Source of the DNA: Candidatus Omnitrophota bacterium
Lineage (GTDB): Bacteria > Omnitrophota > Omnitrophia > Omnitrophales > Aquincolibacteriaceae
Direction of reading: 5' to 3'
Assembly: GCA_016196555.1 (NCBI GenBank)
Contig: JACPXL010000074.1
Span: 1 to 60,390 of the forward strand
Length of the DNA stretch: 60,390 nucleotides
This document shows positions 20,551 through 31,021 of the stretch, piece by piece. The notes beneath the pieces are model-generated. The model was given only the letters and a program-made list of their open reading frames with translations, did not search any database and was not told the DNA's origin. The translations under genes and the position numbers were made by a program. Position 1 is the first letter of the stretch; every line of letters starts with the position of its first letter.

Positions 20551-21741
20551 CTATTTTGGCCATAAAATCATGAAATGCAATAACTTTTTAAGAAGATAGC
20601 GGGCGGCAACTTCATTGCCAAGTACCGTGTAATGATGAGTTGCCCCGAAAAATTCTTCCACTGGATGGTCCTCCAGCGCGGGGATAAAGGCCTCCAGGAG
20701 GTCCGCATAACGGTATTTCTTTTCGTCAAAATGCCGTATCAATTCACCGTAAATTTTCCTGCCGGTCCTTTTGTAATCCCGAATATCTCCTTCATTCGGA
20801 AAAAGGACAATCAACGGAACAGCCCCATGATTCAACACTTCTTCATAAAAGCGGTCAAAGAGCTTGAGTGTAATTTCTAAAGCCTCGGAATGCGGATTAT
20901 AAACTCCGTCCGTCAAAATCTCATCTTTACGAAATCTCGAATGAATCCTATGCCGCACAATTTTAAAAAGTCTCACGGTGGCAAGAAAATCGTAAGGGCC
21001 GGCTAGATAGCTCCGCTTGAAGTAAAAATCATGCGTCCCGAGCCGGTTCAAAATCATTGCTTCCTGTTTCAACAAAGCCTCATAATCCTCCAAGCGGGAT
21101 AATGGATTCTCCCTCAGGATTAAATCTTCCCCCCGCAAAATAAAACGCGGCTTTGAAAGCGCGAAGCCGGATTCCGGAAAATAAAAAAGGCGGAAAGTAT
21201 TCACCACGCGGTGAATATTCTCTGACATAAATCCAATGAGAACAATCGTCGGGTTGAAACGTATTCCGTCCTCCGTGTAGCGCAAAAATGCCTGATCGAA
21301 TCCATAACCGCCGACTCCGAAATTCAGCACTTCAAAGCGCGGGTCCATGGCCGCCAATTTTTCTTCCCAGGTATCGGCGCCAGGCACATCATCGCCATGT
21401 GTATAAGAATCTCCAAAGGCAGCCACACGGATTTTTCCGGCTTCGGGCTCCAGAGAATACTCCTGATCTGAGCGAATACCCTGAGAATTGGCATGATGAT
21501 GCCCCTGGACTCCTCCGGGTCTTATCGTCCATCCAAGAGAAGGATGATGCATTAAATAAGATTTTTTTCCCTTCAAAATACCTTGAAGATTGGCCTTACT
21601 CTTCTCTGAAAGAGCAAAACTCCTGGGCGCATAGTTCACAGATTTTATTTTATTGAGCAAAAAAAGGCTGAGGCGGGACATGCCTTCCACGGCAAAAAAG
21701 AAGCATAAGATAAGCAAAATCCAGAAAAATATTTTTTTCAT
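20551..21741 (-). CDS. membrane-anchored SGNH/GDSL hydrolase family protein
   Basis: FGDSYTHG, NFGVGGYG.DQ, H...GN. Confidence 0.85.
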   Translation of the reverse strand: MKKIFFWILLILCFFFAVEGMSRLSLFLLNKIKSVNYAPRSFALSEKSKANLQGILKGKKSYLMHHPSLGWTIRPGGVQGHHHANSQGIRSDQEYSLEPEAGKIRVAAFGDSYTHGDDVPGADTWEEKLAAMDPRFEVLNFGVGGYGFDQAFLRYTEDGIRFNPTIVLIGFMSENIHRVVNTFRLFYFPESGFALSKPRFILRGEDLILRENPLSRLEDYEALLKQEAMILNRLGTHDFYFKRSYLAGPYDFLATVRLFKIVRHRIHSRFRKDEILTDGVYNPHSEALEITLKLFDRFYEEVLNHGAVPLIVLFPNEGDIRDYKRTGRKIYGELIRHFDEKKYRYADLLEAFIPALEDHPVEEFFGATHHYTVLGNEVAARYLLKKLLHFMILWPK

Positions 21742-21824
21742 AAGTTTCCTTCTTTAACGTCTATTTTACTGATAACTTTGATTGATGATTGACTTCAAGA
21801 GGGCTTGAGGGTAACATTTTGCCC

Positions 21825-22172
21825 ATGCCCTTATTGCGAAAAATGATTCTAACGCTTCTCTTTCTCCCCCTCATCTCCATGCCGGTCCTCGCCGCCTGGG
21901 ATTTTCCTGCCAGCCCCTGGACCAAAGAAAAAACGTATGCGGACAAAATGACTTACAAACTTGGTTTCGGCACTATGAATGTCCTCACCGGCTGGACGGA
22001 TTTGCTCTTTGAACCGTCACGTTCCGGCATCATCAAAGGAATTCCGCTGGGCGCCATTCACTTCGTAACGAATGTGGTGGGCGGCGTACTTCATGTGGGA
22101 ACATTTCCAATCCCCGTCGACATTCCCCTGCCGGACGGCGGAGTCAATTTTGAGTCCTCGAGAGTAAAATGA
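21825..22172 (+). CDS. exported small protein, TIGR04073-like (paralog 1)
   Basis: Signal peptide; SPW...KLGFG..N.LTGW, TFPIPVD. Confidence 0.7.
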   Translation: MPLLRKMILTLLFLPLISMPVLAAWDFPASPWTKEKTYADKMTYKLGFGTMNVLTGWTDLLFEPSRSGIIKGIPLGAIHFVTNVVGGVLHVGTFPIPVDIPLPDGGVNFESSRVK

Positions 22173-22759
22173 AAAAACTGACGGCCTTTTTAATCATGTT
22201 TGTTTTTTTCGTTTCAAATTCTGCTTCCGCTTCTCCCTGGGCGGAAGAAGCGGAATATTTCCCCAGAATATTCGGGAAACTTGGATTCGGCCTAAAAAAT
22301 AGTCTGCTCGGCTGGTCGGAAATATTTATTCAGCCCACACAGCCTAAATATAAAACGGATTGGGAAGGATTTTGTGTTGGAATGGCGGCCGCGCTGGTTG
22401 AAACCGGCAATGGGTTGATTCATCTTGTGACTTTTCCCATTCCGGTGGATGTTCCGGACATTGGCCGGGGAGTTCATATTCCAAAACGAGAAGTCGATCG
22501 TTCTAATGAACATCCGAAATTGGAAGCCGCCATGCAAAAAGCGGTGGAACGAGCTGCCGGAAAACCGGTCAAAGCCATTGAGCCTGAAGCTGAGCCGGCC
22601 CCTTCTCCTGCCGAGTCACCAGTCCCCGCAGAAACGGTTCCTCCGCCGGTTCCCGCTACGGTCAGCGCGGAAATTTCCACTCCCAGCCCCAGCCCGATCT
22701 CAAGCGAATCACCTGCTGCAGAAACGCCCGCTCCTGTTTCTCAAGACCTTCAATATTAA
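22169..22759 (+). CDS. exported protein, TIGR04073-like (paralog 2) with Pro-rich tail
   Basis: SPW...KLGFG..N.LLGWSE, TFPIPVD; ATGA coupling. Confidence 0.7.
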   Translation: MKKLTAFLIMFVFFVSNSASASPWAEEAEYFPRIFGKLGFGLKNSLLGWSEIFIQPTQPKYKTDWEGFCVGMAAALVETGNGLIHLVTFPIPVDVPDIGRGVHIPKREVDRSNEHPKLEAAMQKAVERAAGKPVKAIEPEAEPAPSPAESPVPAETVPPPVPATVSAEISTPSPSPISSESPAAETPAPVSQDLQY

Positions 22760-22849
22760 TTACTTATTAAACTATTCAATTTGTCCTCATTCGGCCGATA
22801 TTGTAATAGTCAATACAGCGGCTGCCAATGCCAAACAGGAGGCTGACTT

Positions 22850-23170
22850 ATGGACATCACCCGCATGCTTCTCCGGAAAAAAACCACCCAATTACGTAAT
22901 GATTTCACGGAACTACGCCGCAGCATTGCCCGCCACCCTTATGAGGAGGCCAAAAATCTCTCCATTATTGTTCAAGTCAAAGCCGAAGAAACGGACATTT
23001 TGTTTTATCTGGTGGAAAACCTGGAAGTCATCGAGGGCAATTTTGAAATGTCGGACCTTGAAGATAATTTAAACCGTCTCAGACGCGCCTTTCACAGCAC
23101 GTCGAGACAATGGCAGTCCCTTCACACTAAAAATACACGACGTGAGGAACAGCCCGGCATCGCCGCCTAA
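22850..23170 (+). CDS. hypothetical protein
   Basis: Strong AGGAGG RBS; helical-looking 106-aa ORF. Confidence 0.65.
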   Translation: MDITRMLLRKKTTQLRNDFTELRRSIARHPYEEAKNLSIIVQVKAEETDILFYLVENLEVIEGNFEMSDLEDNLNRLRRAFHSTSRQWQSLHTKNTRREEQPGIAA

Positions 23171-23185
23171 CCCACAGCGGATTGT

Positions 23186-23416
23186 ATGCCCATTTATGTT
23201 TATGAAGTCATTCTTCCTGGCGGGAAGTCAGGAAAACAATTTGAAGTCATACAAAAATTTTCTGATCCTCCATTAAAAAAACACCCTAAAACAGGAAAAC
23301 CGGTGCGGCGAATTGTCACCACACCGGCCATTCTCAACAACCGCTTTGATAAAACCGTCAAAACGATGGGCAAGAAAGACAAAAAATTCCTGAGAAATCT
23401 CAAAGGTCAAAAATAA
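23186..23416 (+). CDS. FmdB-family zinc-ribbon-like protein lacking cysteines
   Basis: MPIYVYE...FEVIQ.FSDPPL..HP.TG.PVRRI. Confidence 0.75.
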   Translation: MPIYVYEVILPGGKSGKQFEVIQKFSDPPLKKHPKTGKPVRRIVTTPAILNNRFDKTVKTMGKKDKKFLRNLKGQK

Positions 23417-23526
23417 AAGTTAATACCCGTCAGCACTTGAAGGTAAAAATTCTTCCCCTGAAATTAATGCGCGGCGCTATTGCCGTTTTTTTCACAGTGA
23501 TAAAGATCCTAGAAAATCCGCATGCC

Positions 23527-24609
23527 ATGAATGCCGAAATGAAGCCGCGCCGGCTTTTGATCGTTCTGCTCATGACAATTTTGCTATTCCACTCCGCTTT
23601 GACCTTTCCTTCTCTAACCGCCCAAAGAGGGGCCATTTATCAAATTGTCTTTTCACGTTCCGGCGATAAATTGGCTTACACCCGATACGATGAGATTTTA
23701 TTTTGGGATTGGAAAAGAGGCGAAAAAATTTCTTCCTTTCGCCACACGGCGCCCATTGCTTCCCTGGTTTTCTCGGGCGATGAAAATCATGTTCTTTTTG
23801 GAGACGATAACGGCGGTGTTTACGTTTGGAGCCTTGCCACAGGCAAAACCATCCGGACCTTTCATTTTCCGTCCGGAAACCTAAGCGCCGACATTTCTCC
23901 GGACGGCAAATATTTTCTGATCGGGAATTTTGACGGCCAGATTTTTTTGGGTGAAACAAATCACTGGAAAATTCTCCGCCAACTGGATTCTCACAACTTC
24001 GCAGTCCGCGACGTGCGTTTTACTCTCGATAGCCGCTTAGCTTTTTCCGCCGGTTGGGACCAAATGCTTAAGCGGCACAATTTTATCAATGGCCCCCCTT
24101 CCGGCGAGGCCAAAATTTTTAAATCAGGCGTCCGGGGTTTGAAAGCCCATCTGGGAATGATCAACTGCGTGGCCGTTACCGGGGACGGAAAACGAATTTT
24201 AACCGGCAGTTATTGCGATGGGGCGGGCTATTTTCCTTACCGGCCCAAGCAGGATGAGGTCTTAAAACTTTGGGATGTGTCGACGGGAAATGTCCTTCTG
24301 GGAATGAGTTTCGATAAGGGCGTATTAGATATCGAAACCAGCCCGGTCCCGGCAGAAAAAAAAGCTTATTTGATCACGGCCGCCCGCCGCCTCGGTCCGG
24401 GAGGTTTTCTTTATGAACTCGATATCGCCGCTTGGAAGGCCAAAGAAGTTTTGACCGATTCGCCCTTGCGCGGGGAAATTTCCGCCATCGCCCTTCACCC
24501 CTCAGAGCCGGTGATCGCTCTCGGAACCTTAGAGGGGAATGTTCTTTTTTTCAACCGTCAGAATTATGACCTTCTCGCCGCCCCCGGGACGATGCGGAAA
24601 AAATCATGA
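23527..24609 (+). CDS. WD40-repeat beta-propeller protein with N-terminal signal/TM
   Basis: Repeated FS..G, WD/WS motifs (ILFWDW, VYVWSL, LKLWDV); start uncertain. Confidence 0.82.
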   Translation: MNAEMKPRRLLIVLLMTILLFHSALTFPSLTAQRGAIYQIVFSRSGDKLAYTRYDEILFWDWKRGEKISSFRHTAPIASLVFSGDENHVLFGDDNGGVYVWSLATGKTIRTFHFPSGNLSADISPDGKYFLIGNFDGQIFLGETNHWKILRQLDSHNFAVRDVRFTLDSRLAFSAGWDQMLKRHNFINGPPSGEAKIFKSGVRGLKAHLGMINCVAVTGDGKRILTGSYCDGAGYFPYRPKQDEVLKLWDVSTGNVLLGMSFDKGVLDIETSPVPAEKKAYLITAARRLGPGGFLYELDIAAWKAKEVLTDSPLRGEISAIALHPSEPVIALGTLEGNVLFFNRQNYDLLAAPGTMRKKS

Positions 24610-26096
24610 AACAAATTTTTGAAAAACTTTTACCTTCCGCTTTGTTTCTTTCCCTGCGAGGGCAAAAACTATTTTTCGAAAAAAATCCTAAACTCCGTTA
24701 TTTTCTTTTAGGGGCGGGGATTATCGGCATTATTTTGTGGCAGGTTGGTTTTTATATCCAGCACGACCGTCTCGATTCCAGCTATCGCAACCGGGCATCC
24801 CTAGGAACAAACTGGCAGCCGCATTTTGTTTTCTTTTATGTCACGGGACTTTTCCCCGTCAGAAGCCTGTCTAGCAACCCCCTTCCTTCCGGCAAAGAAA
24901 ATCTCCTTCAATTGATCCATGAGTATCCCCAGTCCATCACCGCATGGACCATTCCGAATGAACGCCTCTCTCTTTATTTTTATTATCCGTCAACCTGGCT
25001 TCGAGGCAGTCCCTATCAAGCAGACCTCAGAATTACCAATGCAGCCGCCTTTATTTTGAGCCTGGTGTTTCTTTATATCGGCTGCTGGTATGCGGGATTG
25101 GAAATATTGGGAATTTTTCTTGTCCTTCTGTTAGGCTCCAATCCTTATGAATTATTTGAAATTTATTCCAATCAAAATGTATTCGGTTGGCCCATCCTGG
25201 CAAGCCTCCTGATCCTCACTCCTTTTTTGCCGATTTTGTGGGCACGACCCCTGCCGCGTCATTACGGGTGGCTGACCGCCTTAGCGGCCGGCATTGTCAC
25301 CGGTTCCGCGCGCCATATTCGTCCCGAAAGTCTGGCCATGATCTTGGCCGCGGCTACGGGATTTTTTTGGATGGTTAAAATTTCCTGGAAAAGAAAAATT
25401 TTTCTGGCATTCCTCTGTCTTTTTTCTTTTATGCTCACCAGCAAAGGATGGGAATATCATTGGACAAATCTTCAGTCAAAAACCCACGCGGTCCTTGCCG
25501 AAGCAGGCGTCAAAATCTCCCAAAAAACACCCGAGCCTGTTTATCATGTATTCTGGATGAGTGTTCTGGAAGGCCTCGGGGATTTCGACACAAAATACGG
25601 ATACCTTTGGGACGACCGGGTATCCTATGCCCTCGCCCAAAAATACAAACTTCCTCCGTGTGAAGCGTGCCGAAAAAAAATTCTGTCGGACCTCAGCAAA
25701 GATCCGGGCTGGTTTTTGACCATTCTCGCAAAAAGAACGTGGCGGATTCTGGCCGAAAACACACCGCCCCGGATCAGCGCCGGTTCGCGCGGGTGGAATA
25801 TTCCTTTGCCGGGATGGTTGGTCATTGTCTTTATGATTTATTTGACCGTGGCGTCTTTTTTCCGGCGGGAGTACCGGTTGCTCAGTCTTGTGGTGTTTTT
25901 ACTGCCCACCGCGGCGGCTCCCCTGCTGATATTCTCGGATTATGGCGTCAGCCATTACTCCGTGGTTCATCTGGGAGTGGCGGCAATCTTGGCGACGCTG
26001 ATTGCGGAAGAAATGATTCGGATATTTAAATTGAATAATCCGAATCAAAAAGTTTCATTTCCTTCGGGGTCACAAAAACCTCTTCGTCCTTCTTGA
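24606..26096 (+). CDS. polytopic membrane protein (possibly GT-C glycosyltransferase-like)
   Basis: About 10 TM helices, RP motif, large loop with GY.WDD. Confidence 0.6.
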   Translation: MKQIFEKLLPSALFLSLRGQKLFFEKNPKLRYFLLGAGIIGIILWQVGFYIQHDRLDSSYRNRASLGTNWQPHFVFFYVTGLFPVRSLSSNPLPSGKENLLQLIHEYPQSITAWTIPNERLSLYFYYPSTWLRGSPYQADLRITNAAAFILSLVFLYIGCWYAGLEILGIFLVLLLGSNPYELFEIYSNQNVFGWPILASLLILTPFLPILWARPLPRHYGWLTALAAGIVTGSARHIRPESLAMILAAATGFFWMVKISWKRKIFLAFLCLFSFMLTSKGWEYHWTNLQSKTHAVLAEAGVKISQKTPEPVYHVFWMSVLEGLGDFDTKYGYLWDDRVSYALAQKYKLPPCEACRKKILSDLSKDPGWFLTILAKRTWRILAENTPPRISAGSRGWNIPLPGWLVIVFMIYLTVASFFRREYRLLSLVVFLLPTAAAPLLIFSDYGVSHYSVVHLGVAAILATLIAEEMIRIFKLNNPNQKVSFPSGSQKPLRPS

Positions 26097-27087
26097 AATG
26101 AAAACGGCGATATTTTTCCTGAGAAAGTTCGATATAAATGGTGTCGCCGGAAGGAGTGACGACTTCCATCTTGGCCACGGGGCCGGCGGCATTCACGTAT
26201 TTGACCGTCGCCTTGAAAGATTGCGGGCCCGGGGTTCTTTCGACATCGAATAAATGCGGGCGGATATAAATCGTGGCGTTCTTGGCGGTGGGTTTTAAAT
26301 TCTCTCCAAGGGCAACCGGCGTATCCGCCAGATAAACTTTTCCATCTTCAAACCGGCAGTGAAAGAGATTCACGTTGCCCAGGAAGTGATACACAAAAGG
26401 ATTGGCCGGGTGATGATACACCTCATCCGGAGTTCCGATTTGTTCGATTTTTCCCTGATTCATGACCACGACACGGTCGGCCACTTCCAGCGCTTCTTCT
26501 TGATCGTGTGTGACAAAAACACTGGTCATATGAAGTTTGTCATGAAGTTCGCGCAGCCACTGGCGAAGTTCTTTGCGCACGCGGGCATCAAGCGAACCGA
26601 AGGGCTCATCGAGAAGCAGCATTTTAGGCTCAATCGCAAGCGCGCGCGCCAAAGCCACACGCTGGCGCTGGCCTCCGGAAAGCTGCGAAGGAAAACGCTT
26701 CGCCATCCCTTCCAGTCTGACAAGCTTGAGAAGTTCATTCACTTTTTCGTGAATATTTTTTTTCGAAGGACGGACGGCGCGCGGCCTTACCGTTAAACCG
26801 AAAGCAATATTGTCAAAAACCGACATGTGACGGAAAAGCGCGTAATGTTGAAAAACAAAACCGACATGGGCATTGGATGAATCCTTGGCGGCGTCTTCCC
26901 CCTCAAAAGAGACATTTCCATCGGTCGGCAATTCAAGGCCCGCAATGACTCTTAACAGAGTCGTCTTGCCTGATCCGGAAGGGCCGAGAAGCGCCACAAG
27001 CTCTCCGGACTTAATTTCAAAGTCCACGCGATCGAGCGCGGTAAAATTCCCGAATTTTTTCACCACCTGATTAATTTTTATACTCAC
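26026..27087 (-). CDS. cysA: sulfate ABC transporter ATP-binding subunit
   Basis: [31 protein letters not shown]; GTG start overlaps the cysW stop. Confidence 0.95.
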   Translation of the reverse strand: MSIKINQVVKKFGNFTALDRVDFEIKSGELVALLGPSGSGKTTLLRVIAGLELPTDGNVSFEGEDAAKDSSNAHVGFVFQHYALFRHMSVFDNIAFGLTVRPRAVRPSKKNIHEKVNELLKLVRLEGMAKRFPSQLSGGQRQRVALARALAIEPKMLLLDEPFGSLDARVRKELRQWLRELHDKLHMTSVFVTHDQEEALEVADRVVVMNQGKIEQIGTPDEVYHHPANPFVYHFLGNVNLFHCRFEDGKVYLADTPVALGENLKPTAKNATIYIRPHLFDVERTPGPQSFKATVKYVNAAGPVAKMEVVTPSGDTIYIELSQEKYRRFHFKKDEEVFVTPKEMKLFDSDYSI

Positions 27088-27887
27088 GACACCACTCCTC
27101 TTTCGCGCGCGACATTCCACTCAATCAAATGTTTAATGATCAAGGTGACAAACGCCAGAAACATTAAAAGCGACGCCACGGCAAAAGCCGCGGTAAAATT
27201 ATATTCGTTATAAAGAATTTCCACATGCAGCGGAATGGTGTTGGTCAGTCCGCGAATATGGCCTGAGACCACGGACACCGCTCCGAATTCGCCCATGGCG
27301 CGCGCATTGCACAAAATCACGCCGTAAAGAAGCCCCCATTTAATATTGGGAAGTGTCACGCGCCAAAAAGTCTGCCAGCCATTGGCCCCTAAAATCACGG
27401 CCGCATTTTCTTCGTCTGCCCCCTGCGCTTCCATCACCGGAATAATTTCCCGTGCCACAAAAGGAAAGGTCACGAAAATGGTAGCGAGCACAATCCCCGG
27501 AACCGAAAAAAGGATTTTTATATTATGGGCGTCAAGCCATGGGCCGAAAAGTCCCTGGGCCCCGAAAAGAAGAACGAAAATCAATCCTGAAATCACAGGT
27601 GAAACCGTAAACGGCAAATCAATGAGTGAAAGGAGGAATTTTTTCCCGGCAAAATCAAATTTAGTAATGGCCCAGGAAGCTGCGAGACCAAAAATTAAAT
27701 TAAGAGGAACGCTGATCGCCGCCGCCAAAAATGTAAGCCGTATGGCAGCCAGCGCGTTGGGGTCAGTGAGAGCTTGAAAATAGGCGCCGATCCCCTCTCC
27801 GAAGGCGTTTTGAAGGAGAATGGCGATTGGAAGAAGCAGAAAAATACTGAGAAATAAAACCGCCAGCACAATTAATATTTTTTTCAT
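27084..27887 (-). CDS. cysW: sulfate ABC transporter permease
   Basis: [26 protein letters not shown]. Confidence 0.95.
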   Translation of the reverse strand: MKKILIVLAVLFLSIFLLLPIAILLQNAFGEGIGAYFQALTDPNALAAIRLTFLAAAISVPLNLIFGLAASWAITKFDFAGKKFLLSLIDLPFTVSPVISGLIFVLLFGAQGLFGPWLDAHNIKILFSVPGIVLATIFVTFPFVAREIIPVMEAQGADEENAAVILGANGWQTFWRVTLPNIKWGLLYGVILCNARAMGEFGAVSVVSGHIRGLTNTIPLHVEILYNEYNFTAAFAVASLLMFLAFVTLIIKHLIEWNVARERGVVS

Positions 27888-28715
27888 TTATATTTCCTGA
27901 TATCGCCGCGTCCAGCCTTGCAGCATATGAATTCCGACAAGAAGTGAAAACGAAATCACCAGCATGAGCGAAGCAATCGCGGTGGCTCCGGCATAATCAT
28001 ATTGTTCCAATTTGGTCATAATCAAAAGCGGCAGAATCTCGGTTTTAAACGGCATATTGCCTGAAATAAACACGATTGAACCGTATTCTCCCAGTGCGCG
28101 CGCAAAAGCCATGGCGGTCCCGGTTAAAAGCGGCGGCAGAAGAATGGGAAAAATCACTTTATAAAAAGTCTGCCAAGGATTCGCGCCAAGGCTGTGGGCA
28201 GCTTCTTCGATTTCCTTATCCAAATCCTGCAGCACGGGCTCTAGAGTACGCACCACAAAAGGCAATCCAATAAAAGTAAGCGCGATAATAATTCCGAGCG
28301 GAGTGAAAGCGGCCTTAATTCCCAAGGGCGCGAGCATTTTCCCCATGATTCCATTGGGAGTATAAAGTGTGGTGAGGCATATTCCCGCCACGGCGGTGGG
28401 AAGTGCAAAAGGAAAATCCACCAGCGCATCCATGATTTTTTTGCCGGGGAAATCGTAACGCACCAGGACCCAAGCCACCAGTAATCCAAAAACCGCATTG
28501 ATTAAAGCGCTGACAAAAGCCGTCATCAAACTTAAATTCAAACTCGCGAGCACGCGTGGAGAGCTGATCGCAGACCAGAAATGCCCGGCTCCAAGCACCG
28601 TTGCTTTGAAAAATAAAAGCGAAAGCGGAATGAGAACCACTAAGCTGAGATAAAGAACGGTAAATCCCATAGTCAAGCCGAAACCCGGAATCACACTATG
28701 TTCTTTAAGTTTCAT
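27888..28715 (-). CDS. cysT: sulfate ABC transporter permease
   Basis: [25 protein letters not shown]; start at MKLKEH. Confidence 0.95.
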   Translation of the reverse strand: MKLKEHSVIPGFGLTMGFTVLYLSLVVLIPLSLLFFKATVLGAGHFWSAISSPRVLASLNLSLMTAFVSALINAVFGLLVAWVLVRYDFPGKKIMDALVDFPFALPTAVAGICLTTLYTPNGIMGKMLAPLGIKAAFTPLGIIIALTFIGLPFVVRTLEPVLQDLDKEIEEAAHSLGANPWQTFYKVIFPILLPPLLTGTAMAFARALGEYGSIVFISGNMPFKTEILPLLIMTKLEQYDYAGATAIASLMLVISFSLLVGIHMLQGWTRRYQEI

Positions 28716-28725
28716 AGTTGCTCCG

Positions 28726-29733
28726 TCATTGATAAATTTGATCGAAAATTCCGCCGTCACTGAAATGCTCGGCTTGCGCCTTTTGCCAGCCGCCGAAATG
28801 CTCAATCGTGACGAGTTTAATTTGAGGAAATCGAGCTTCATATTTCTTGGCGACGGTTTCAAGACGCGGGCGGTAATAATGTTTGGCCGCGATTTCTTGT
28901 CCTTCTTCCGAATAAAGATATTCCAAATAAGCTTTTGCGGTTTCTTCCGTGCCGTGTTTTTTCGCCGCTTTATCGACCACGGTAACGGGAGGTTCCGCAA
29001 GAATGCTGATCGAAGGATTGATCATTTCGAATTTATCTTTTCCAAGTTCATGAATCGCCAAAAAGGCCTCGTTTTCCCATGCGATCAAAACATCGCCGAT
29101 TTCCCGCTCCACAAATGTGGTCGTGGAACCGCGCGCACCCGCATCGAGCACAAGGACATTTTTAAAAAGAGACGAGATAAAAAGTTTGATTTGATCGGCA
29201 TTGCCGCCGAATTTTTCTTGAGCAAAGGCCCAGGCCGCCAGATAATTCCAGCGTGCCCCGCCGGAAGTTTTGGGATTGGGCATGATCACACCAACACCCG
29301 GCTTGACCAAATCGTCCCAGTCTTTGATTCCCTTGGGATTACCTTTGCGTACCAAGAACACAATGGTGGAAGTATAAGGCGCGCTGTTGTCAGGCAATTT
29401 GGATTGCCAATCTTTGCTGATGAGTCCGCCCTTTTGCCAAAGCGCATCCACATCGTAACCAAGCGCTAAAGTCGCCACATCGGCATCCAAGCCGTCAATC
29501 ATGGCGCGCGCCTGTTTCCCGGATCCACCGTGCGATTGATTGATGGTGACATTCTGGCCGGTCTTTTCTTTCCAATATTTGGCAAAGGCCTGATTGAATT
29601 CTTCATAAAATTCGCGCGTGGGGTCATACGAAGCATTAAGAAGTGTGACGCTTTTTTCGGCGGCGAAAACCGGAAGGCCGGCCGCTTGAATTAAAATTCC
29701 CGCAAACAAAGCGATCATTATTTTTTTAAACAT
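28726..29733 (-). CDS. sbp: sulfate ABC transporter periplasmic binding protein
   Basis: [32 protein letters not shown]. Confidence 0.95.
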   Translation of the reverse strand: MFKKIMIALFAGILIQAAGLPVFAAEKSVTLLNASYDPTREFYEEFNQAFAKYWKEKTGQNVTINQSHGGSGKQARAMIDGLDADVATLALGYDVDALWQKGGLISKDWQSKLPDNSAPYTSTIVFLVRKGNPKGIKDWDDLVKPGVGVIMPNPKTSGGARWNYLAAWAFAQEKFGGNADQIKLFISSLFKNVLVLDAGARGSTTTFVEREIGDVLIAWENEAFLAIHELGKDKFEMINPSISILAEPPVTVVDKAAKKHGTEETAKAYLEYLYSEEGQEIAAKHYYRPRLETVAKKYEARFPQIKLVTIEHFGGWQKAQAEHFSDGGIFDQIYQ

Positions 29734-29751
29734 AATGTAGGATTCCCCTGA

Positions 29752-30204
29752 TTAGATGAAATACATGCCGGCTACATGCGCAGCCCGGCCTTTCTCAATC
29801 ATATCTTCCAGCGTAATGTTGTCGAGAATTTGGCTTTGCGCTTCGTACATTTCTTTCATCACCAGTCGAAGCGTGCAGGTATTTTCATCTTCACATTCAT
29901 CGCATTTTCGATACGCGGTTTTGCTTAAACAAGGAAGCGGCGCAAGCGGTCCTTCCAAAAGGCGCAAAGTGGTGCCGAGTTTTATTTCCGAAGGCTTTTT
30001 AGCCAGAAAATACCCGCCGCCTTTTCCTTTTTTGCTCTGTAAAATGCCGTCATTTTTGAGCTCCAGAAGAATCAATTCGAGAAATTTTTTGGGGATATTC
30101 CCTCTTTGCGCCAGGTCGGAAATAAGCTCAGGTTCTTTTCCCCAACCTGATTCAGCTAAAAGAGTTAGCGCCTTTAAGGCGTATTTTGTTTTCTTGGATA
30201 TCAT
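29752..30204 (-). CDS. Rrf2-family transcriptional regulator
   Basis: KYALKAL, IPKKFLE.IL, S.KG.GGGY.L, Cys cluster C-x8-C-x2-C-x5-C. Confidence 0.93.
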   Translation of the reverse strand: MISKKTKYALKALTLLAESGWGKEPELISDLAQRGNIPKKFLELILLELKNDGILQSKKGKGGGYFLAKKPSEIKLGTTLRLLEGPLAPLPCLSKTAYRKCDECEDENTCTLRLVMKEMYEAQSQILDNITLEDMIEKGRAAHVAGMYFI

Positions 30205-30257
30205 ATATAGTCTAGTAACTCGCTAGAGTATATAGTCTATGTAATACCAGTTGTCAA
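30204..30257 (-). promoter_or_regulatory. sigma70 promoter and putative Rrf2 operator
   Basis: TTGACA-17-TATATA on the minus strand; 12-7-12 palindrome at 30204-30234. Confidence 0.65.
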
Positions 30258-30296
30258 GTGAGTTTTTTGAATTAAAAGAGAATTTTTTTATTGCGG

Positions 30297-30911
30297 CTAC
30301 TGTTCCGAGTCGAAGAGACTGCCCGAATTCGATGCGCCCGGAATCGCAGAGACTTGGAATTTCTGATACCCCGCCGGAATTTCAAAAAGATCGGGCGGTT
30401 GAGGACCCGATTGAATATTTTGATATTCCACGGACCAGCTGTCGTCCAAAGCCGCGACTTTCACAGGCACCGGATTGTCCGGGGCAATCCATTGATAAAG
30501 AGATTCCGGCTTGCCGTCTGGCGGCGTATAAGTCACCTTGAATTTTTCGGCCCGTTTTCCGTCGACAGATTCAGACCCCATGGTTACGCGCTCGGTTTCG
30601 CCGGGAATTTCCTGCATCATACGCAGCGCCATTCCGCTGTCGATCGCGTTTTCCATGTACCTATGCTGGGAAGGGATTAAAACCCAGGAAAGATTTTGAT
30701 CAAAACGATTAATGATAATATTTTCTCCCATTTCCAGCCGGATTTTTCCGTTGGAAGAGAAAAATTTCCCCGCCATTTTTTGACCGCCGATAGTTGAAAC
30801 CATTTGCGCCGAAAATTCGGGCTGTGCATCGGCCTGGGCCATAGCTGTATTGCCGGCAGAAAATCCAATCGCGGCAGCCAAAAGAAAAACTTTCGTTATT
30901 GTTTTCATCAT
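30297..30911 (-). CDS. exported DUF4412-like protein
   Basis: Signal peptide; GKIRLE, G.E.VDG, DLFEIPAGY. Confidence 0.75.
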   Translation of the reverse strand: MMKTITKVFLLAAAIGFSAGNTAMAQADAQPEFSAQMVSTIGGQKMAGKFFSSNGKIRLEMGENIIINRFDQNLSWVLIPSQHRYMENAIDSGMALRMMQEIPGETERVTMGSESVDGKRAEKFKVTYTPPDGKPESLYQWIAPDNPVPVKVAALDDSWSVEYQNIQSGPQPPDLFEIPAGYQKFQVSAIPGASNSGSLFDSEQ

Positions 30912-31021
30912 GGACTCCTCCAGGGAAAGGTTATTTTGAGGGCATGTTAGGACAAAAATACCGGAAAAGCAAACGTTTCGCGGTTGCGCGGCGAGGACTT
31001 TTTAAGTAAACTTGATCTCTT

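Noticed and set aside
28716-29000. Long N-terminal extension of cysT (likewise cysA, bolA, thiD, MEKHLA, DUF2063 and MFS in the ORF track)
   Set aside because: The extensions overlap upstream genes or promoters. Family homology starts at the downstream start codons.
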